Of a DNA stretch of 64,000 bases, positions 1 to 12,869 are shown piece after piece. Position numbers and translations under genes: made by a program. How positions within the stretch are numbered: position 1 is the stretch's first letter; each line of letters starts with the position of its first letter. The notes beneath the pieces were generated by a model that was given only the letters and a program-made list of their open reading frames with translations, ran no database searches and was not told the origin of the DNA. This DNA is from Eledone cirrhosa (taxonomy: Eukaryota), in the NCBI GenBank assembly GCA_964016885.1, contig OZ024743.1:288052001-288116000 (forward strand), in the 5' to 3' direction.

Positions 1-104
1 CTTTCCTGATTTATATATATATATATATATATATTAGAAAGTGAGGTTTTTTTACAAAATGAAAAATCACCGATGTGTCCTACACGAGTGAAAGTATAAA
101 GAAA

Positions 105-1040
105 GTATAATTTTTACATATTCTGGTATTTAGGGTTTGGCTATGTGTATACGGGAGTTTTGCGTCCGCGTGAGTGTGCAGGTTCGTACGTATGGTGGGT
201 GTGTGTATATGTGTACTTCTTGTTTTAGTTGACTTACGTCTCCGAACATGTGTGTATTTATATGTAGGTATGCGTGTGCGCTTGTTATATACGTATTTAT
301 TTACTTATGTACGTTTATATAATTATTTATTTATTTGTACACAAGCATACACACACACACATTTATATGTGCGTGGTTTTGTATACCCATGGTAAGGTTT
401 TGCGTATGCTTGTGTATGTACGTATCTGTTTGCGTGTATGTATTTATTTGTTTCTATTACTTCTGTATTGTATTTATTTACTTTGTTCTTACCTCTGTAG
501 CGGAGATTCATTTGGTCTCATAGTTAGAATTTTCGTCTACGATTTCTGCTATACCATTTACGTGGTTTTGTCTTTGCGTGCTATTGTTTTCCACGCTCCA
601 CATATGACTTATTATCTTCGTTTTTTCGTTCATTGCCAGAGAACGTCTCTATGCACCACCTAAGAGAACATTAGTCTACGACCTCTTTTATACCATAAAC
701 GTGGTTTTGTCTTTGCGCGTAATTGTTTTTCACCGCTCCTATTAATGACGTATTATTCGTTTTTTCCCGTTCTTTGCCAGCGAACGTTACCACGAACCAA
801 ATTATCGTCTTCCTGTCTTCCTCCGGTTGCAATGTTTTTTTAAATATCCAGTTCTGCGTTTACAGATTGACTTTGTTAGTTTCAGAAGATCCCGTTAAGG
901 GTGAAAGCAGCGATTCTTTGCTTAAACTTTAATCTGTTATTTTAATAAATATGTGCTCTACGGTTCTTATATATTTGATATATATTTATCCTATCGAGCC
1001 CTCTTTGGATTTTAGTCTTCAATTTTATTATTATTACTAT
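105..1040 (+). mobile_element. Solo 3' pseudo-LTR fragment of the Naiad-like Penelope element, ending in (TA)n
   Basis: Near-identical to 34960-35805 and the reverse complement of 31835-32604. Contains the hammerhead motif at 878-928 and ends GGATTTTAGTCTTCAATTTTATTATTATTAC-(TA)n. Confidence 0.85.
878..928 (+). ncRNA. Type I hammerhead ribozyme-like motif, CAGAAGA core variant
   Basis: AGTTT (stem I), CAGAAGA, T-CCC-GTTAA-GGG-T (stem II), GAAA, GCA...TGC (stem III), TT, AAACT (stem I'). Same layout in the other pLTR copies. Confidence 0.7.
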
Positions 1041-1066
1041 ATATATATATATATATGTATATGTAT

Positions 1067-1158
<92 letters not shown>

Positions 1159-1161
1159 GTG

Positions 1162-1196
<35 letters not shown>

Positions 1197-1223
1197 GTAT
1201 ATGTATATATATATGTATATATG

Positions 1224-1254
<31 letters not shown>

Positions 1255-1320
1255 GTACATATATATTTGTATATATATATATGTATAATATATATATATA
1301 ATATATATATATTATATGTA
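1040..1320. repeat. (TA)n-rich microsatellite; representative of dozens of (TA)n/(CA)n/(TACA)n tracts across the window
   Basis: Directly visible; explains the [12 protein letters not shown] ORFs in the track. Confidence 0.97.
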
Positions 1321-1326
1321 TATTTA

Positions 1327-1515
1327 GGGCGGTAGATTGGCAGTATCGGTAGAGGGTCGGACGCCATGCTTTCCAGCAAAGTTACGACCCTTTACGATCT
1401 GACTTCAAATCCCGCCGAGGTTGACTTTGCCTTTCATCCTTACGGGGTCGATAAAATAAAGTACCAGTAATGCACTGGGTAAATGCTGGCCTTATGCCTA
1501 AAGTAGAAACAATTA
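1327..1515 (+). mobile_element. tRNA-derived SINE with Meta-type central domain
   Basis: A-box-like TTGGCAGTATCGG, B-box-like CTTCAAATCC, central GCCTTTCATCCTTACGGGGTCGATAAAATAAAGTACC, tail CCTTATGCCTAAAGTAGAAACAATTAT. Multiple copies in the window. Confidence 0.8.
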
Positions 1516-1949
1516 TATGTATATACATAATTTTTTTTGAATGAAACAGTTCTAGTCCTGTAGAAGCCATTTCTATATTAAACATGATGTTTACACTCTA
1601 CTAATGTATTCAATACCTTACACACCCACACACGCACGCACGCCCGCACGCCCGCACGCCCGCCCGCCCACCCGCCCGCACGCACGCACGCACGCACACA
1701 CACACAGTTGGATTTTTATTGAACTGCTCTTCTCTGCACTAATCAGCCGCGGCCTTCCTTTCTCTATTCTCTCTAATTTTATTTATATATCTCTATATCT
1801 CCGTTCTTCTTGTTTTTATTTTCTGCATCTATCCTTTGTGATCCTGTTTCTATATTTGTACTCCTCAGGAAGGACTAAAGCGCGACACATCGAACTTTCT
1901 TTCCTCTTTTTCATATAAGCGTGAAAATAATAAGACTTTTTGTTGTGAA

Positions 1950-2019
<70 letters not shown>

Positions 2020-2021
<2 letters not shown>

Positions 2022-3360
2022 TAGACATGAAAAATACGCAAGCTCAAAAGAGCCACAGAATGTTATAATAAACCTTCAAAAGTGTGAGCCTAGAGTTGTT
2101 ACTCAAAAATATTATAATCATTATCTATCGTACATTCTGTGGCATCCTTTATAAAAATATCACAATAAATACATCTATGTTTAATGTAATAACAGCTATA
2201 AATAATTACGTAATATTACTATCATATACTCATAGTAACAAAATAATTGTGTTGAAAATGAATATGATGCTTATATGAACGATCATATCTATAATGATAA
2301 TTTTATAAATATACTAATATTAAAATAATTTAATTATATATTGTTACATTTTCATCGAACTATAACATTAACAATCGTATTGTATCATAAAATTTTTATC
2401 ACTGCAAACTTTCATATTGGAATTACCTTAAGCCACTTATCATTACTTCGCTTTCGTACTTTTACAGATGTAGATATTCGGCTGTATCTTATATCTAATA
2501 TCATGATCTCATGGTAATTTGCATGCAGTGTAAAATAGGTTTATTAATAACTTTAATATGAAACGTATTATACAGAGCTGCGGAGTCGGCCAAAAATTGA
2601 CTGGCTCTAACTCCGGATCCGATACTCCATTATTTCCTAAATTTCAGCTCCGCAGCCCTGTTATTATATTAATTTATTTATTTCATAGTTGTAAATCATA
2701 TTTTTATATGTTACACTCTAAGAATGAACTAAGTGAAATTGTGTAAAAAGAAAGGCATGCTTGGTTTAAGCTAATGTCCAATATCTCATATTAGATGTTT
2801 AGTAATGATTAATACGAAATGCACTTAAACCGAATTCTATATTATAAATTCACTTAATTAATTATCGTGTCGTCTTGAGTTCCTTATGAGTCTCTTTTTT
2901 TTATAAAAGGATGCCACAGATTTGATAAAAAAGAGACTATGAGTATATGATAATAATATTACGTAATTATTTATAGCTGTTATTACATTAAACATAGATG
3001 TATTTATTGTGATATTTTTATAAAGGATGCCACAGAATGTACGATAGATAATGATTACAATATTTTTGAGTAACAACTCTAGTCCCACACTTTTGAAGGT
3101 TTATTATAACATTCTGTGGCTCTTTTGAGCTTGCGCATTTTTCATGTCTAGTTAAACATGATATATATTAATAATGAATTATCGTTGTAATGTAATTAGA
3201 TTATATAATTGTTATTGTAAATGATCTTATAAATATTAGTGTAAGATATATAAAAATATTTTCAGACTTTTAATATAAACAACAACAAAAACAATCAATA
3301 TTAAATCAATATATTATACACTAGACATGAAAAATGCGCAAGCTCAAAAGAGCCACAGAT
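2020..3360. mobile_element. Cluster of three copies of a Helitron-like 3' terminus (2020-2230 minus, 2937-3152 plus, 3319-3360 minus)
   Basis: Repeated TCTGTGGCTCTTTTGAGCTTGCGCATTTTTCATGTCTAG|T: a short GCTC-TTTT-GAGC hairpin followed by CTAG|T. About 210 bp are duplicated in inverted orientation. Confidence 0.5.
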
Positions 3361-4807
3361 TACAATCGGAACTCTGCCTATACTCGATTGCAATATATAA
3401 AGAGGAACAAGATACAAAGATATATTTCTTTATTTGGCACAAGGGCGCACAAAAATGAGACATTACAGAACATGAATATACGCTATTTTGAAGTGTTTAA
3501 ACATTTTTTACAAATAAAAATTTAGAATCGTTTTGTACAAACGATAAATTAAAAAATATTTGTACAAACTTTTACGATAGACTTTCATCTTATCTATTGA
3601 CCGCCTAACCTTAACCCTAACGTCAATATATTACATTTGTTTTAAAAATAGTTAATATAAATTTTAAAAAATCATATAACGACGAAATAACAAAAATAAA
3701 TGAACTAGGAAAACAAACAAAAAAACATGGCGGATGCTTTTGAGCAACACTTACTCTGATTGGTTGAAAATTAGCCAATGGCATGTAATCACCACGGCCA
3801 CGGCCAGACCTTGAAAACAAAATTGACGATCTACACATATATGTTAGAACACTATAAGTGACTAAAACATTTTGTTGTTAGTTACTTCGCGTCTAACAGA
3901 TAAAAGATAAACAGAAATAACAACAAACGGTATATATAAATGTATATATATTTGTGTGTGCGTGTGGAGAGTACTTCAATTAGTGTTTAACGATATTGCT
4001 AGCGATGTTTCAGTGTATATATTTCTGTTGGTATATACACTTAATATTAATAGAAGCCATACTTGTTTGGACAATATTGCTTCCCAGATCACTCCCCACA
4101 TCAAACTTGTAACAGTGACATCTCAATGTACCCTACCCATTTAGAGAGTCGACTGTGATATATACAACAACTGTAGCACTTTTTGAGCGTATTAAGAAGA
4201 ATGATGTCAGGCTTAGCACAAACACACTGAATAAGTGATACCAGCATTTACACCTACTCAGACTGAGCGACGTGGGAGATTCAGATCTCAGATCTGTGGG
4301 AGATTCAAACAACAGATCTGAACGTGCCGAAAGAGCCTCGAACCTCGTAGATGGTTCTACTTCACGTAATGATGGAGAGCGAAAGTGTTGTTTATACTTG
4401 ACTAAAGAGTTTCAACCTTGGATCGGTGAGTGGTATCACTGAACCATAGAATCGAGGTGCTTGCCCTTACAAGTGATCATTCTTTCTGAACAAATTCCAT
4501 CCATTTGATATATTCATTCAACTTCGTAGTCATCTCTATTAAACCCACAATTTAACTCATCCTCCACCCTTTCTCTCTATCTAATCAACAACGAGGTCAT
4601 GGTGTTGTCGGCCAAATCTCCTTCAATCGCCTCAAAGAAAAGACACATTGAGAAATATAGTCCGGACTACTAAAGCAAAACAGCATCCATAATCAAGAGC
4701 CTTCATTTGATTACTCGACTTAATAGAAATAGTAGCCACATTTTCTCAGATCATATACTGTCTTCGTCACAAAAGAAATGTGTATAATGTAGACGACCTA
4801 TAAGACA

Positions 4808-4905
4808 TTATGTCGAGTGTAAATAAGTCGAGATAGTCACGGTTGGCATATCTTTGATAAAAGGCATGTACGATCTTGACCGATGCGGGCTAAATATTCA
4901 AAACA
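4808..4905 (+). repeat. Dispersed repeat (probable SINE tail), second copy at 9234-9332
   Basis: TAAGTCGAGAT.GTCACGG.TGG...TTTGATAAAAGG..TGTACGATCTTGACC.ATG.GGGCTAAATATTCAAAACA is shared by both loci, each followed by a CA-rich tract. Confidence 0.6.
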
Positions 4906-4939
4906 CACACACAGAAACGCACACACACACACACACACA

Positions 4940-5014
<75 letters not shown>

Positions 5015-5118
5015 ACGCGCGCGCGCGCACACACGCACACACACACACACACAGAGGTACACTTACTTTCTATCACTCTTCCTCACTCCCTTACCCTCTT
5101 GCCCCTCTGCCATCCTCA

Positions 5119-5152
<34 letters not shown>

Positions 5153-5380
5153 TACATATCTAGGATTGTCAGATTACCAGTTTGACGAAACACCCAAATA
5201 ATTGTTCCTCTGATCCAGTAATTATAATTATCTGTTACTGTATTCCACGAAAACCACGCCCTCTAGCTAATCAGGCGTGCTTGATTAATTGCGTTCCACT
5301 GAATTAAATTCTCCTTCTCTGACTCCTGGGGATCTCAATTTCCCTGCAATGTCATTAATAGTTTACCTTAATAAGCAAAA

Positions 5381-5808
5381 TAATAATGGTTTCTTATATA
5401 AGCACAAGGCCAGCAATTTGGGGGAAGGGAAAGTCGATTATATCGACCCCAGTGCGTGACTGGTACTTTATTTTATAGACCCAGTAAGGATGAAAGACAA
5501 TGTTAACCTCGGCGGGATTTGAACTCAGACCATAAAGAGCCATAACTCTTTGCTGCAAAGCATGGCGTCCGACCCTCTACCGATACTGCCAATCTACAAT
5601 AATAATAATGGTTTCAAATTTAGACACAAAGCCAGCAATTGTTTGGGGGGTGGGTGGGTGTGAAAGTCGATTAAATCGACCCCAGTGCATTACTGGTACT
5701 TTATTTTATCAACCCAGTGAGGATGAAAGGCAAAGCTAACCTCGGCGGGATTTGAACTCAATGCATCAAAGCATGGTGTCTGACGCTCTACCGATTCTGC
5801 CAATTCAC
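5381..5808 (-). mobile_element. Two tandem Meta-type SINE copies separated by (AAT)n
   Basis: Reverse complement of the 1327-1515 family at 5381-5597 and 5598-5808; each begins with an (AAT)n tail on the plus strand. Confidence 0.8.
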
Positions 5809-5859
5809 AATGGCCCAGATATAGTAAATATAAAGGACAATACAATAGACAGGGACAGT

Positions 5860-6125
5860 GGGGGTTTTACAGAAAAATCGAGAACCAGACTTTTCCTAAA
5901 CAGCACTGCTACCCCACCTCACATTCCCGGCCGACTAAGCGATGTGAAGATATGATAATCATCGAGAATGGGGCTAGTGTGCGTGTGTCGGAAATCCTGG
6001 TCTCGTTGATGGCAGTCACATCCATATCTAGTGATCTGAGGTCGTTCAGTAAGCGACCCTACATCCAGGACGATCCCCAAGTCACGAACATTTATGCAAC
6101 TTACTCTTAAGATAGCAATGCTGGC
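5860..6125 (-). pseudogene. Degenerate Tx1-like ORF2 N-terminal (APE) fragment
   Basis: TCTCGTTGATGGCAGTCACATC...CTGAGGTCGTTCAG...CCCCAAG...CATTTATGC matches 40005-40126 by eye. Confidence 0.65.
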
Positions 6126-6329
6126 TGGTTGATCAGGAGAAAAAAGGTTTATTTACATTACAAGTGTTTCACTTCCATGTTTGGTGGTATTTTAAAAGCT
6201 TGCTCGTCGCTTTTACATTATGGGTTCCCACATCACGAGGAAAACTCTCCCCAATGTTCTTGTAGGCATCCAGCTACATTCTTACTTCTTTTCTCAAAAG
6301 GAAAAGAGGTAAGAAAACAGCCTGTAGGG

Positions 6330-7636
6330 GATTACGATTGCCATTGGGAGAAGCCATGGGAGGACCAGAACATAGTGGCTATAAATAGTTGTGGCTCTTA
6401 GAACTAGATGATATTTTGCACGCAGAAATGAAAGAAAAGTTTAGAGGGATATATTTAAAAAGAGTAAAAATGATTTTAAAATCCAACTTGAATGTGAGAA
6501 ATCTGTGCACTGCAAGGAATATCTGGGATGTTGCAGTGGTTAGATATACTGCATCCATTCTCAGTTGGAATGAAGAAGAAATATCAGACGATAAAATTTA
6601 TGACATTGTACGGAGCTTTACACCCTAAAGAACATTTGAATAGACTATACACGAAGAGAAAGAATGGTAGCGGTGGCTTCATCAGTGTATAAGGTGTGAA
6701 AGGAGAACGCTTGCAGAATATTTGGTAAGCAGCGACGAAGAGTTGTTGCCATATACAACAGAAGATATAGGTATAAATGCAGTAGAAATGGTTGGACATT
6801 TAATCAAAGAACAGAAGAGAAAAGGAAAGAAAATCTTTTAGAAATGAGAATGCATGGTCAGTTTGAGAGAAATACACAGGTTATCAAGAATAAAACAACA
6901 TCGTAGGTATGGCTTAAGCAAGGCGATTTGAAACGTACCACCGAAAGCCTTATAGTCGCAGCGCTAGACCAAGCTACCAATTCGTTGAAATATAACATCT
7001 AAAAAACATCTGACACCCAGAAATGCAGGTTCTGTGGAGAGAATGTGGAAAATGTACCCCATTTGGAAAGTGGATGTGAGAGCCTTCGGCCAAAAAATAA
7101 AAGCGCCGCCATGACAAAGTCTGTATATACCTTCATTGGCTTCTGTGTCCAATATAAAGTCATAGAGAATTGGTATGAGCTTGAGCCTTGGAAAGTAATG
7201 CTGGAGGATGGGAAAGCAACGATATTCTGGGATTATGATTTTCGAACTGAGAGAGTAATTGAACATCGCCGACCGGACATTGTCGTGTTGAGCAAGAAAG
7301 ACAAATACTGTCAGATCATCAGATCATCGACGTGGACATACCAAATGACACGAATATTGCGAGTCAGGAGACTGGAGCTGGTAACACTATTTGGAATGCA
7401 AGAGGTTAATGTGAAAGTGATACCAGTTCTGATCGGGGAATTAGGGTCAATCCCATTGAAGCTTCAAGACTTCTTAAAGCGACTGGGAGTAACTTAGAGG
7501 TTGGGTGTCAAACAAAAGGTGACTTTGCTAAGTACTGTTCACATTTTGAGGAAAGTATTATCTGTCTGAGGTCCTTGTTGCGACTTGACAGATCCATCTG
7601 TATTGTATAACAGAGCGATAATAACAATAATAATAA
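6330..7636 (+). pseudogene. Degenerate 5'-truncated R4/Dong-like non-LTR element (RT thumb, CCHC, RLE) with (TAA)-like tail
   Basis: ORF pieces YLKRVKMILKSNLNVRN...AVVRY, FWDYDFRTERVIEHRRPDIVV and VIPVLIGELG; many stops; ends ATAATAACAATAATAATAA. Confidence 0.8.
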
Positions 7637-7894
7637 AACCACAAGAAATATGTATAGAAATAAATGGAAAAATAACAATAAAAAACATGAAGGTATATGA
7701 ATAAATACATTAATAAATAACTAAATACCCTCAGGTCTTGAAAAATCGTTACTGCTGCTCCGCTTATTAATTTTTCAGATTTTTTCCAGCGGCCCCAATT
7801 TTATCCCTCCCCACCGCCTAAAAACATTTTGTAATCTATCTCCGGCGAAATTTTAATCTAAGTGATTCATATATCGATACAGTAGCTGGAGAAT

Positions 7895-8022
7895 CCAATA
7901 ATTGTTTCTATTTTTTTTTTTGCACAAAGCCACCACCAATTATCCCAGTGCATTACAGGTACTTTATTTTATCGACCCCGTAAGTATGGCAGGCAAAGTT
8001 AACCTCGGCGACATTTGAACTC
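7895..8022 (-). mobile_element. Partial Meta-type SINE
   Basis: GGTACTTTATTTTATCGACCCCGTAAG...GTTAACCTCGGCG...TTTGAACTC. Confidence 0.7.
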
Positions 8023-8310
8023 CTTACATTTAAAAAAAACATTATGTATGACAAAAAAAAGAACATTACAAGAAATCCGATATTTACGAACATACACTAT
8101 ATAATTACCGATTTCACAACACCCCGTTTATTCCAACACCGCTTATAAGAATTTAAGCAAATGTCCCTTCACCTCATTTATCTCCCCCCACCCTATTATT
8201 TGGAACCCAATAGCATACAAATAAAATTAGAAAATTTACGTTGTCTTTTTTTCTCGGAATATGTTTTATTTTATATATACGATTTTTTAAAAGTATTCTG
8301 TGGATAAAAA

Positions 8311-8487
8311 ATGAGTCTGCTGAAAAGCTCATTGGCTGACGAAGATACTCTCATGGAATGACTAAATGAGGTTTATTTTTCAACCGAGTCCCTGGAGAGA
8401 TACAATGCAGTTATTAATAAGAGGAGTTCAAATTAATATATGCAAGATTTCAGAACCAGCCTATAAACTTTTCAGTCCACCTACATA
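8311..8487. mobile_element. Mariner-derived non-autonomous element/MITE
   Basis: Imperfect terminal inverted repeats CTGAAAAGCTCATTGGCTG / CAGCCTATAAACTTTTCAG, resembling the TIRs of the mariner at 15168-16399. Confidence 0.5.
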
Positions 8488-9169
8488 CACGCATGCATGC
8501 ATACATAATTACATGCATTCATACATACATATATACACAAATACATACATACATACACACACATAAATACATACATACATACATATGTATGGAACAGTAA
8601 AAATATGTAAAATATTCCAAAAAGACACATGTACAGATACAAGGCACATACACATGCACACATGTAACTCAAAACATACACCTCTACACATACAATAACA
8701 CCCATACCTGCACACATGGATGCAGACATGCATGTTGATGTTGTTTACATTCCAATGACAGAGTATTGTGTCTATGTTAGACACGAGACTCTCTATTGGT
8801 AAACATGTATAAAATTATAAAACCAGAAGGACATACATACATATATACAAAATCTCATTAATTGGTGCCACTCTTTGACAACAGATTCATTCCGTTTATC
8901 ATTGACAGTTGATCGGACCATTCCAAATTATCGACTAAAGTTGTTTCGGGCAACGATAACGATGGTCAAGTCCTATTGTGTATAATATATGATATATATA
9001 AAGCTATCCATCATGTAAGACCCATTTAATTCGTGACAAAGAAGTGGCAATGTACGTATGTGATACAGCAGATTATCTCAGCGAAAATATAGAATGTTTG
9101 TTTTTGCAGACCACATATTTATATATATATACACACGTATTTTTTTACCTACTTACGAACACACATAAG

Positions 9170-9234
<65 letters not shown>

Positions 9235-9369
9235 TATGTTGAGTCAAATTAAGTCGAGATGGTCACGGCTGGAATACTTTTGATAAAAGGAGTGTACGAT
9301 CTTGACCAATGTGGGGCTAAATATTCAAAACAATACACACACAGAGACATGCACCCCCCCCCACACATG

Positions 9370-9401
<32 letters not shown>

Positions 9402-9419
9402 ATCCGGTTTGTAGATGAG

Positions 9420-9760
9420 TTATGAAGTGGATCCCTTCAGTGGAGAGGATTTACCTCTTTAAGCTTAGGCTGAAAGAAAGGCCACTGTGGTTGATGCAAA
9501 CACATGGGCCAGAGACCCCGAATACATATCCTTCTCTGGTGAAGTCCCTGCATCGTTAGATGTAAATAAGACTGAGTTATATCCTAATGGGAGACTTCAA
9601 TGCACATGTTGGCACAGAGCACCTGACATGGAAATAAGTGATTGGAAGGAACGGCGATCCCCATCTAAGCATGATAGGAGAGGGCTTAGACTTTTTCTCT
9701 ATATTATGAACACCTTCTTCCAGCACAGACATCCATAATTACACATGGTAGAAAGGAACT
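9420..9760 (+). pseudogene. Degenerate RTE-like LINE APE-endonuclease fragment
   Basis: GGAGACTTCAATGCACATGTTGGC encodes GDFNAHVG; MNTFFQHR and a YTW-like motif follow across frameshifts. Confidence 0.65.
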
Positions 9761-9841
9761 ATCACATTTTTTATTAAACACATCAACATTTTTGACAGGT
9801 AGCATGGTAGCACATATACATAAATATGTTATGTGTGTGTG

Positions 9842-9916
<75 letters not shown>

Positions 9917-10108
9917 GACTTGACTCCTTCTTCCTCATTTTTCGTTGCTTCACCATCTTTGTTTGTTTACACTCTCGTGTTCCCTTTATTTACGTGTCCC
10001 AACGACTTTTTTTAGCCGTTGCTCGCACCAACCGGAGGTATACACTGGTCTTTAAAGCGATGAAATACCAATGATGGTTAGAAGATCACTGATAAAGGAC
10101 TAACTTTA

Positions 10109-10179
<71 letters not shown>

Positions 10180-10182
<3 letters not shown>

Positions 10183-11238
10183 TATGTATGTATGTAAACG
10201 TACATACATATATGTATACAGACGTACAGTAGTATGTATATATATACATACATGCACACATATATATATGCACGTATCGGTTTACCGAACATTTATTATA
10301 ATGCTCGGTTTGTTTGTTTGTAAACAAACAAACAGCCCGAATTACGCCGTAAAGGTTTAGGCAACCACGTCACCTTTTTGTTCAACACTGACACAGGAAC
10401 GATGTACTAGTTTCAAGCTTATTAGCTATCGTCAGCATCGTATACCTTCCTGCCAGATGGTTGAACGTCTGAAAGTATATACTTTCCTTATGCATATTAA
10501 CGGCTGAGCAGCGCCTAATTTACATATCAAGTGAGTTCAGTCGGCCGGGCACACCGAAATCGATAAATGGAATAGAATGAAACGAAATTTCATTTCTCAC
10601 TCTTAGTACGGCACTTACTTAAATGTAAGTATGTATGTATGTAAACATACATATATGTATACAGACGTTCAGTAGTATGTATATATATACATACATGCAC
10701 ACATTGAAACTAGTACTTCGTTCTTGTGTCAGTGTTGATCAAAAGGGTGACGTGGTTGCCTAAACACTGTACGGCGTAATTCGGGCTGTTTGTTTACAAA
10801 CAAACAAACCGAGCATTATAATAAATGTTCGGTAAACCGATACGTGCATATATATGTGTGCATGTATGTATATATATACATACTACTGTACGTCTGTATA
10901 CATATATGTATGTACGTTGCTAAACTCTACGGCTTAATTCGGGATGTTTGTTTACAAACACACCGAGCATTATAATAAATGTTCGGTAAACCGATACGTG
11001 CATATATATGTGTGCATGTATGTATATATATACATACTACTGTACGTCTGTATACATATATGTATGTACGTTGCTAAACTCTACGGCTTAATTCGGGATG
11101 TTTGTTTACAAACACACCGAGCATTATAATAAATGTTCGGTGAATCCATACGTACATATATGTATATGTGTGCATGTATGTATATATATATACATACTAC
11201 TGTACGTCTGTATACATATATGTATGTACGTGTACATA

Positions 11239-11240
<2 letters not shown>
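10180..11240. mobile_element. Non-coding PLE-type pLTR composite: inverted arms plus three tandem 154-bp units, embedded in (TA)n
   Basis: About 10200-10415 is the reverse complement of 10704-10920; tandem units start at 10790, 10944 and 11098; hammerhead at 10399-10441. Confidence 0.7.
10399..10441 (-). ncRNA. Minimal type I hammerhead ribozyme (PLE-type)
   Basis: Minus strand ACGATG-CTGACGA-T-AGCT-AATA-AGCT-T-GAA-ACTAGT-A-CATCGT: canonical core, 6-bp stem I, palindromic stem III ACTAGT. Confidence 0.85.
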
Positions 11241-11298
<58 letters not shown>

Positions 11299-11299
11299 G

Positions 11300-11416
11300 G
11301 AAAAATTTGAACAGGGACAAAACAGAGAGGCAGTACAATAAATGTTTATTAATTTCACGCTCAGGACAGTGGGAGGTAGGTGGGGGACGACGTTTCGGGC
11401 ATAAGCCCTTCCTCAG
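11300..11416 (-). mobile_element. Short PLE 3' remnant with hammerhead core (related copy at 16530-16670)
   Basis: Minus strand CTGAGGA-A-GGGC-TTAT-GCCC-GAAACGTC at 11388-11416; flanked by (TA)n on both sides. Confidence 0.65.
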
Positions 11417-11851
11417 ATATATATATATATATATTTATTTGGAGTCCTGACTCTTTTCCTATATATTTATATGGATATATATAAATGGATATCAACTTTT
11501 TGTTCGTTACACCTGCCCATGACGTGACCATACCCTATGGCTTCGGTGGTCACGTGATATCGGTGATGAGACCAGCGTAGTTAATATTCCTCTTGAAAAC
11601 CATTGTTGATGACTGCAGGAATAAAAACATGGGGGTCTTGGGAGGAAGAGGGCTTCAAGAGGGGCTCATTTAATCTACCTCACCTCCATTGGAGATCTAA
11701 TTTCAATGTCACTCTGATTCGTGATTTCAATCCTGGGGTTTAATGGCTTTCCAACTGACAATATCAATTTCCTTTATCGTATATATATAAATATATAGGT
11801 ATGTGTGTGAGTGTGCGAGGGCGCGTGTGTATGTATGCATGAATGTATGTA

Positions 11852-11939
<88 letters not shown>

Positions 11940-12088
11940 CATATATATGCATATATACATATATATATATATATATATAGGTATGTGTGTGAGTGTGTGA
12001 GTGCGTGTGTGTATGTATCTATGTATGTATGAATGTATGTATATATGTGTATATATTTATATATTTATATATATATATATATATATAT

Positions 12089-12121
<33 letters not shown>

Positions 12122-12122
12122 C

Positions 12123-12167
<45 letters not shown>

Positions 12168-12198
12168 CATACATACATATATATACATACCTACATAC

Positions 12199-12232
<34 letters not shown>

Positions 12233-12271
12233 GTATGTATATATATATATACATACATACATACATATATA

Positions 12272-12319
<48 letters not shown>

Positions 12320-12344
12320 CATACATATATATACATATATATAC

Positions 12345-12394
<50 letters not shown>

Positions 12395-12572
12395 ATAACT
12401 GCTGTGCCTGCTGGAGCGTCAGCGATGGCATGCATACTTGTATTATATTACATTATTACATTATACATTCAAGGCTGATAAAATAAATAGACATTGAAGG
12501 GGAGTGGGTACATTTCGGAGGAGATGTGGGGTTAGGGGTGAGGAATGAAAAGCATTTTTACATTTTACTCTC

Positions 12573-12869
12573 ACCTGTTGGATTTCGAAAATAAAAAGAA
12601 TTCAAAAGCACCATGACTATAAGAAAAAATATAGGCCAGAAGCAATAGGCTATTAAACGGCGCCAGATATGGTAGGGCCAGGTTACTACGGAACCTATGT
12701 GACATCTAGAAATACCGCCGCCACAATGACGACGATGACGTTGGCGATAGGGATGTTGACGTTGACGGCCACGGTAGTGGTGGTGGTGGTGGTGGCAGAC
12801 ACGACGATGACGACTAGGATGGCCATTGCCACACACCACCACCACCACCACCACTATCACCAACACCAC
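12573..12869 (-). CDS. Candidate host coding exon encoding a single transmembrane (signal-anchor-like) segment; 5' boundary unresolved
   Basis: Frame reads ...TWPYHIWRRLIAYCFWPIFFLIVMVLLNSFYFRNPT, immediately followed by a canonical donor CAG|GTGAGA. No in-frame ATG was found before an upstream TAA in the GGT repeat. Confidence 0.35.

Noticed and set aside
10790-11240. Regularly spaced repeats resembling a CRISPR array
   Set aside because: Whole 154-bp units are duplicated with no unique spacers and no cas genes; the context is eukaryotic.
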